A DNA stretch of 64,000 nt. It comes from Trichoplax sp. H2 (Eukaryota). The position numbers were made by a program, and so were the translations under genes. Below, in pieces: positions 55,240 through 64,000 of this stretch. How positions within the stretch are numbered: position 1 is the stretch's first letter; each line of letters begins with the position of its first letter. The stretch spans positions 1 to 64,000 of the forward strand of contig NOWV01000153.1 of assembly GCA_003344405.1 (NCBI GenBank). Reading direction: 5' to 3'. Under the pieces are notes generated by a model, which did not search any database, was not told the DNA's origin, and saw only the letters and a program-made list of their open reading frames with translations.

Positions 55240-57537
55240 ATGACGAATAAGGCACAAATCCAAGTTCTGCTCAGATTTTTAATATTCGCCATCCTAGTAT
55301 TTTTTTGTCAGAGTACATCGTGCCCAGAACCACGAAAATACAATGACTATATAATAGACTCTAGAAAATCGATAAGAAATGGTGCCACTAGAAAATTTCG
55401 TGGTCGTGTTCTGAATCTAAACGAGTGCCAGCAAAGATGTTGCAACGATTTAAACTGTAATATTATCGTTTACAAACCGGAAACAGAAGATTTTAGCACA
55501 AATTGTGTAACTTACAACTGCCCACATAAAAAGTGTGTATTAAAGAGAGCATATGGAATAGATATATATGCCATCACTAAACAACAACCATCAGTAGATA
55601 AGAATACTGTTCATTCTTTGGCCAAAAACAATAATCTTCACCATAATAACTTGCAACATAAGGAAAAGCCTTCTAACAGTAAAGGTAACTAATAATCAAT
55701 CAACTGTCGTAAACTTTAAACCTACAGTATTCCAAACTGATTATTTCAAATCTAACTCATATGATATTTAAAATTCTAGTTATTGCCGTACAGTCAATCA
55801 TGTTAGCTTTCGCACAAAAAAAATCCATTTAAATTTGTATATTTACGTACTATACTACATATTTAGCGATACAACAATCAACAACCACTAATCAACAGAA
55901 ACCAAACCATTTCCGGCCTCATGAAGAAGCAAGTTTTAATCATAAAGTAAAAGTAACACCTACAGTACGTGACAAAATTGACGAATCTAAGGTTGGTGTA
56001 GGTAGTAAAGGTCTCACTAAACTGAAAAAGCCTTCGTTGCAATTAAATTCGAACACTGGGCCTAGTACACATAAGCATAGACCATCAACTAATTCTGAAT
56101 CATCTAAACATTTCAACGGGCTTAACTATCACCTGAATGAAAACAAAGGTGTAATTCATGGAAATGGAAACTTTGAAAGTTCTTTACCTACGAAACCAGA
56201 TGAACATGCTAAACCTAATAATCCTAAATGGCATTGGCCCTTTGAATCTGGTAAATTTCTTGATGAAAGTAAAGACGGTAGTAATCTTGACCCTTTTCAT
56301 GGACCACCTTCTGGAAATAGCCAACAAACAGATCAAGGTTTACTCCAAGATTGGGATAATTCTGAAAGTCATCCAAGCACTGAGGATGATGACTTAAATC
56401 AAGATGGACCGAAATACGTACCACATCAGCAAAGTACCGATCAGGAGCAAGAGCTTAGTAGGCCTAACGTTGATAATAAAAGCCAGCACCCAAATCACAA
56501 AAAACCGCACGAAAGTATTAACATCCATAAATTACCCCCAACAGATGTCGAAAATGTTAAGCGCCCGAATCACGTCTGGCATAAAGAGCATTTCCATAGA
56601 AAGCCAACCCCACGGCGCCCTTTCTTCAATCATCATAAGCCCTCTGGAGAAAGTAGCAACCACTTTTCCTCACCAACTGATAAATCAATCGTTTTCAAAG
56701 GTCATAAGCGCCCTACTGATGGTCATCAAATCAGTACCATAAAACCCACCAGAAATCATAAAGTTACAAAACGTCCTGACATTAGCACACACAGTCATAA
56801 ATGGCCTAGTCATAAATACCCTAACACTCATTTTGGATCTCCAACGCGACATCAATGGCATAAAAAACCAACCCGTCGTCCTGCTGAAGGTATTAGCCAC
56901 CATGGAAGTTTCACAAATCAAAACCACAAGCAAGTCCATAAACCACCCAGCCACAATGTTAATCACATTAAGAATCAATATTATCAATCTACAACTATTT
57001 CGACCGGCTTTAGCCCCACCAGGAAACAAGCAAATCACCAAACTAATCACGTTGGACACTCTCAGACTGACTCAATAAAGGTATTTAGATTAGCAGAATA
57101 AAAATATTTAATTAATCACATTCTTGTATTCCTATCTTTTACCAAAGCATTTTTCTCATGCCTGTCTTCTGTAAATATAGACTCATCAACCAAAATCTTC
57201 GTATACCCCACCGATTGCAACAAGCCATACTACAAAAACTTACATCTCGCAAGTATCTCACCATGGTGATAAAAATATCTCTGTTTCAAACACTAAAAGT
57301 GATAACCAAAATGGTGATGGATTTACATTGGTATTACACGAAGATCATCCTAATCGTGGATTATCTACTAAGGAGAGATCAGAATTTACAAATTTAATTA
57401 TTGCTCTTGGAGTTGCTCTTGGTGTAGTGATCATTCTACTAATTGCTGTCTTGCTACGATTGCGAAGGATACATACTCGACTACGAGTACCGAGCCCTAA
57501 AGATGCTGATTATCTTATTAATGGAATGTATCTGTAA
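55240..57537 (+). CDS. MANSC1: MANSC-domain type I membrane protein (MANSC1/C11orf24-like), 3 coding exons (55240-55684, 55867-57080, 57181-57537), ~671 aa
   Basis: Signal peptide; MANSC Cys pattern CQQRCCNDLNCNIIVY..CVTYNCP..C; His/Pro/Ser/Thr-rich stalk; one TM helix; C-terminal DYLINGMY. Splice phases are consistent. Confidence 0.8.
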
Positions 57538-60500
57538 CATCGAATCCAATAACAATTTCAAGATTACGTTTTAAGAAAGTCGCAAAAACGTAAATGACGA
57601 ACATTTAAGGGATAAAAATGAATGTCTTCGACGGATCCTTCCGTATTGAGCAATCTATTCTATTTTGGTTAACAAAAATGCTTTATTTTAAAAATGGACT
57701 GCAAGTAAAGGATTTTTTCTTGCAATCACAACAATAATTTATGTTTCAGTATCAAATTGACAATTATTATTTTCTTGATCTCAGTATCACCAGTGTAGTT
57801 TTACATTATGTCGTATGATTTATAAGCTGGAAAGCAAAATCACACCTTTTTCTGTACTGAAATTCAAATTTCGACTTCAAGACAGTTAATGATAATAATG
57901 TATTGAGTTCAAGTTGTAACTATTGTTTAGATAGCTATCTTTTACATCCGAAGAAAATTAGATTATGTAAAAACACATTTGATTTTATTACCATACCTAG
58001 TTCTGTAAAATTAATAAAATACTCAAGTAGCTCAAGCTGTTCTTTGCATTTACAGCAGTTTGTACCGCTATTACATTTTTATCGAAATAGAATCAAGTAC
58101 TATTCTCTGAGAAACATACTGAATTTAAAATGGAGGTAATGGCCCGTAATAAATGATTAAGTTAAATAGTGCGCGTTATTATTGTTCAAAGGCTGGTTGG
58201 AGAGTCTACAATATGACAAGTACATTTGCTGTCGTTACCAATACAAACTCTTGTAATAATTGAAAATGAAGCAGACTCACTCTTAATTACCGAGAGAAAT
58301 AAAATTTTGAAACAAGCTTTTAATATCTGACATTGCAATATAAAATTGCCTATCGACTACCTTGTTGGCTCACATTAATACAGTAAGGCTATTAAAGAGA
58401 TTGTAGAAATCTCAATACAAATATGTTAGCGATCTACCATGAAAGAAAGTCTAGACCAATTTTAAAGTACGAAATAAAATTCTTATTGCTATGAACTAGG
58501 AATAGCCCTCGCTTTAGTAAGTATTCTAAGTCTATGTTATTAAAAATTGGAATACGAATCAGCTATGATTTAAATATTAAACTAAACTAGAAGAAAGCAT
58601 AGTAAGGCCTCCTATCTCATTATAAAATCAATATCTATATTGTTAAGGGCGACATCACATCTTATATAATTTTAAGAACTTAGAGTCTAGCCAACACGAA
58701 ATATTTCGCCCTTAACAAATTATTCAACTTCGAATATTGTTTAACAAGCTCATAGAATGTTATCGAGTTAATATATTTCACCTAGACTCGGAAGTTGTAC
58801 TTTCAGCTGCTAACATCACCCAGGCGAATAATGAATTTCGGTTCAACTAGTTTGCAAGTGCTATTATCATCAATTTATTCCTAAATTATAAATTGCTTAT
58901 ACATCAACAACTGTTATTTACGAAGGTTCCAGTTAAGAGGATCATAAATGTCGTAATTATATACCACATCTCAAACGTCATATGAAAATAACCTATAGCA
59001 ACACATGGTAATTTATCAAAGTACTAGCTACTAAATGTGTTGCATTGATATTTTGCAGTTTAGTATTAAAAGAGTTATTTTTACACCTGAAAATGGTACT
59101 AGCTACTGAAATTGTTACTGAGCTACTTTTATCCGTCAATTTAATGCAATAATGATAGAACAGCACGATATTATAGCAACTTCAGTATAGGATTAGAAGA
59201 GAATGCGCAATAAAATCATATTAACCCTAGTAACGGATTATTAGTCGTGGATATGCATGTGGCGGATCAGCTTCTGATCATTTTTTTTTCCGAATTACGA
59301 CATAGCTGTGTGATAAAGTGCCTTCTCAAATTACAACGAGAATTACAATTTCTCGCAAACTTCACTTTATTACATAAGATTAGGTTCATCTTACAGCTAT
59401 AATCTAAGTCTTAAGCGTATTCGGGGCTGCATAAGCAGATTAGCTAAGACTTATGTATGCATAAAACGTTTCTGGAATCTAGAATAACGTCCAATATAAG
59501 AGTAATGGTGCATTTGCTAATATTAACGTTTAAAGCTAGGAGAAAATCCTAGGATTAATTGATTATGCTACTGCCTTGAACTGCAGCGAATTAATTATAA
59601 GGTCATTTATTGATAGATTGAAAGAAAAGAAAATCTTTTATGCGCGTATGCAAGTGAAAGAGGCAATACAATTACTATTTTCAGGGATAAACTGCTTTTA
59701 ATTAGTATGGCGAACAGTAAATTACGATTTATGAATTGCAACCATTTCAGTCATGAAAAGTAGTTATTATAAGCATGACATAAGAAGTACTATCAAATTA
59801 CAAGATAATACCTTAATATTTCTTGAATCACAGCCTGTTCTTATGGAATGTTATTATTATGGTATAGCACGGTATGCACTATCTTTAACAGTAGCTATGC
59901 AGCCCGCTAAATAATAAACTACTACATTAATTAGCCTGCTACTCCTCAAAATATTCTAGCATTAGGATGCCCGTGTCTAAACACCAACTGATGATGCCAT
60001 ACGTAGGAGAAGACAACTATCACTATCCATAAGGGAAAGGTAATTAATAAGTCGATTCTATTAACAATCCATCCACAATTAATCTGATGTGATATAAATC
60101 TAATCTTACGGACAAAAACTTTTGTCAATATCCTACTCAAAGTAGATCTACTTGTTTGAGTAAAATTTAAATTACTGAAATCATAGCTATCATTCACAAT
60201 TTGACATTAAATGAAATATCTAAATGAATTTGAGGACGATAAGGAATAAAACATTAGCAGGGATTAATTTATGATAGTATAATGTGAGTGAATAATTACA
60301 TAAGATGGTTAAAATCTTTCAGAGCTAACATAATTATATTTACGCCTAAAATTGACGATAGTAAAGTTGAAAATCTTCTCAATTCTACATGCAATTACGC
60401 TTAAAATCAGGCAGTTGTTTTTGGATCTAGATGAAAAATTAGAATATTTATTCCTATAAGCTCGCCTTAAGGATACTAATAAATAGCAGCTTTTTAACTA

Positions 60501-61254
60501 CTAAAATTAATAACCTAATTAAAAGTTAGTGAATGACTTTCCACCCAATATGCGGAGAGAAATTTATTCTTCCTAATGATTTGTGTATGTAGACAGCTTT
60601 CCCTTGACATTATAAAGTATGGTAGCTTTATATCATATATACCCATATCATATTATTAAACATTTTTAACTATATCGTGATATCTGAATTACTATGATAC
60701 TATTATAACAATATACGAAGAAAGATATTAATTACAACAAAAAATTATGGTAATTCGGATGATCATGTTTGTCAAGTTTTGAATTTAAACTTCGATTGAT
60801 GAGTTAGATTTAGGGTAACTTAATGCTATTTAAACAATCCAGTCTTGCAATCAATGATTTGCTGTATGACTATTTATAAAATAAATATTTTTAATAAATA
60901 TCAATTAATAAGTAAGCTTGATCAATAAAATTGAATCTATTTTACATTATCTTTAAATTGAATATTAGAGTAAGCTACGGATTATGTTCAACTATATTGT
61001 AACCGTTCAAAGCTGGACATGTTATATTCCGATATCAAGACATTGCCAAAGTAATATCTATTACTGTAAAAAGAAATATCGACTGCTAAATACAGGCAAG
61101 CATGATATTTCTATATACTCTAAATACAGCTATAATAAAATATCAACCTTTGCTGATGAACTATTAATAACTTCAGAAAATCATGCTACTCTCCATTCTA
61201 CATCAACTACAGTAAATCTTATAGTTACATGTAGGTTATAACATAAATGAATAT

Positions 61255-61974
61255 CTAAACCATACTCTGATCTTTGTCATCCAAATTTTTAAGTCGCGAG
61301 TAATTTGCTAATTTCGCTTTCATATGATGCGATCGCTCTAGGTTTGCACGGCCTGGCACCCATCTATTGCCATTATTTCGGGGAAAATTTGATCGGTTCT
61401 GATTAATGCTAATCTTAGTTATGCCATACTTTCGGCGAACGTCTTCACGCAATTGCTCGCGTCCTACTTGTTCTTCCATTAATTCTTGTACATGTTGATC
61501 CTGTTCTTTCTGATGCTCACGAACATGTTTTTGTACTTTGTCTTTCTTATAGTAGCGGCAACAGCAACAATATAAAATGCAAGCCACAAAGATTACAACT
61601 GCAGCTATGGCACAAGGCAAAATAATCAACAAGAGATTGCCGGAAATAATACATTGGGTACGATGCCATGAATCATTAGCACAATCACCAGGGTATGGAA
61701 TAGATCTTCCTCTAGGTAAAGTACGACATGTATTATCATAGGCACACCAATAACATGTTGGGTTTCTTTTAATACAGGTATCACAAGATCGACGAGCTGC
61801 ATTAGATCGACAAGGATTATTATTGAAAGTTACATATAATGACCACCACCACCAAGGGAAAGCTGCAGCAGAATTGCTATTACTTTGGGCTTCAATACTT
61901 TGCCATTGGTAGTTGCTTGAATAAAATAATATCACCAAAACGAGATAGAAGAAGGAAATTGAACATCTCGCCAT
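61255..61974 (-). CDS. PTTG1IP: PTTG1-interacting protein (PBF)-like: signal peptide, PSI domain, TM, Cys cluster, basic tail
   Basis: SCDTCIKRNPTCYWCAYDNTC (PSI domain), TM followed by YCCCC, REDVRRKYG, and a YSRL YxxPhi motif. Confidence 0.85.
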   Translation of the reverse strand: MARCSISFFYLVLVILFYSSNYQWQSIEAQSNSNSAAAFPWWWWSLYVTFNNNPCRSNAARRSCDTCIKRNPTCYWCAYDNTCRTLPRGRSIPYPGDCANDSWHRTQCIISGNLLLIILPCAIAAVVIFVACILYCCCCRYYKKDKVQKHVREHQKEQDQHVQELMEEQVGREQLREDVRRKYGITKISINQNRSNFPRNNGNRWVPGRANLERSHHMKAKLANYSRLKNLDDKDQSMV

Positions 61975-64000
61975 ATTGGAGCTATTTAAATCTTATGTTA
62001 AATCAAAGCATTGGTTGAAAGTTGAAATTTAAAATAAACTTTGGGTTAACAAGTCTTTTCGATCGCAATTGATAATAATATTTATGTACGCTATCTCTCT
62101 ATGGCAGGCGGAAAATTTGAAAATGGCCAAAATGACTTTATTCATCGACAACAGAGAGGGAATATTTCTACTTGAACTATAGCCACAAGTCTTATTACTT
62201 TTACTAAATGAAGCTAGCATAATTTTTTAGAATTTTCTATTTGGCAGAGCGCTAGATCAACAAAGCCATACGTTCATCATTCTACAACAACTGGTATACT
62301 CTGCTATTTTGGGATAAACAAGGCTAAAATTCCCTTTTGATTAGGACATCGACAAACTTTAGCCTACGTCATATTGCCAGTTCTTATAGCTAGTGCAGAG
62401 TCAGCATCATTCATGAACATTCCTATTAAATATGGTGACGTAATATAAAGCATACGCGTACGTTTAGATATAATTTTCTATGTATAAAGGAGGTAAAATG
62501 AATTAGTGCTATTGTAAATTCGCATATTAGGTACCGATAGGGTATGCGAACACTTTCATGAATCTCTATAATAATACTATCGAGATACAGTCAATAATAC
62601 CATCCTATGTAGGCCAGATTTTACTGCATGGACTAGATACTTTATTGAGTTTGCAAAATGTAAAGTACCGTATTGTAGACTCTACTTAACTGAAGCAAGA
62701 GCATCGCTTTATATTCTACTAATACGATTATAGCTGCTTCACAGTACTGTGAAAGTAAAGGAATTATGACTTGTAGTTACTGATGAAATATAGATACGTA
62801 ATTATATTGCCGCCTAAATATAAGTACTAATCGCAATACTGGCCATTAAAATGATATTGCACATAATATAATAAATTTCTTTCAAGAACCGTGTAGTATT
62901 GATTGAGACTAGTATCATGGTGTCTGACTTTTTATTTAAATATTCGCACGATGATCAAGATCACTTAGTCGGTCTCAAAGCATTTTCCTTTGTATTAACA
63001 GAAAAAGTATTTTTCTAGCAATGAATCAGGAAAATTGAAACGAGTCGATTTTTTTGCATAGCATTAGAATAATTCAACTGGCTTTAAAAATCCAGACAAT
63101 GCACGTAACAGACTAAACACTATCTTTCTTTTTCTTAGAAACTACTAGCATACCTTAGAAATAAAATTACATCGAATTAGAAAATAATTACATATAATAG
63201 CCCAGAATAAATTAAAACAATGCAGATTGATATGTGGCGATTTATAAAGGATTGGCATTCTTCGTTATTCATGATATATTTATCGGATATCCAATGACAT
63301 AGTGACCTAAAATACGATATTGAAAATATTAGAATTAAGGTATTTCTAAAAGTTATTCCTCTAATAATTCATCAAGCGACGATGATGAGAGTCGAAATGT
63401 GTCTTGCATTCTGAACGTATTTTATAAAGACATTTTCTTCTTTAATCTTAAATGTCTGTACATATTTAATAACCATGGAACAAATATCAAACATCTAGTA
63501 TTGTGAACAATTGCATAAGCTAATGAATTAAAATTGGTTACAATGAGACACATTTTGATATCAAATTGAAATATCTACAGAAACAAAGCTGATAAAAATC
63601 TAAGTATGTCTTGATATTAGCTAAGAACATGTGTGACCAAAATATAAGGTAAAAGCTGCTGCAGAGCCAATCCTTGACTTTCTTATCTTTGTTTTCTTAG
63701 TCACGTATATTACCAATATGCTAATACAAATTATAAATTAGTGCATGAAAGTAATTGAATATTATGTGAGCTATGATAATGTTGCGAGTTTTGATTCTTG
63801 ATAGCTTACCAGAAACGATGCACATTTAGAATTGCATCTGAAAATTAATACAATATATCAAAATCTAAAAAAGAATTTGCAACACGAGCAACTTCTAGCT
63901 TTGACGATTGTCTGCGTATGCTACTGCAATTCCCGAATAGTTTTCGGCATTCTTAATGCCTAAACCTTTAAGCAACCATTCCATTAACTTACCGATACTT

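Noticed and set aside
59423-59906. 10-bp inverted repeat GGGCTGCATA / TATGCAGCCC as a possible MITE
   Set aside because: Too short, and there is no target-site duplication.

Overview
AT-rich, compact eukaryotic (animal) genomic DNA with short spliceosomal introns. Composition, intron sizes and the divergent intronless rhodopsin-type GPCRs suggest a placozoan such as Trichoplax (inference, not proven). The left ~17 kb is gene-poor: two tandem GPCR paralogues (one broken by an in-frame TAA), a hAT-type MITE with an 8-bp TSD and a solo LTR with a 5-bp TSD. From 17 to 62 kb lies a block of conserved genes: C12orf4/FERRY3, ZDHHC17/13, CAPRIN, reticulocalbin (HDEL), ELP4, hexa-ubiquitin, API5, a MANSC1-like His-rich membrane protein and a PTTG1IP-like gene. 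Many have human homologues on 11p or chr12, including the PAX6 neighbours RCN1 and ELP4, which are adjacent here with no Pax gene between them. The most striking unexplained signal is a palindromic pentamer array, (GTAC[A/T])n, lying about 110-330 bp upstream of the start codon of all seven housekeeping genes from C12orf4 to API5, and absent from the GPCR region and nearly all gene bodies. Other observations: a candidate U12-type intron in ZDHHC17, a GC-AG intron in API5 holding a candidate C/D snoRNA, and a GATA-site cluster. Exon boundaries were read by eye; multi-exon CDS coordinates give the start-to-stop span.
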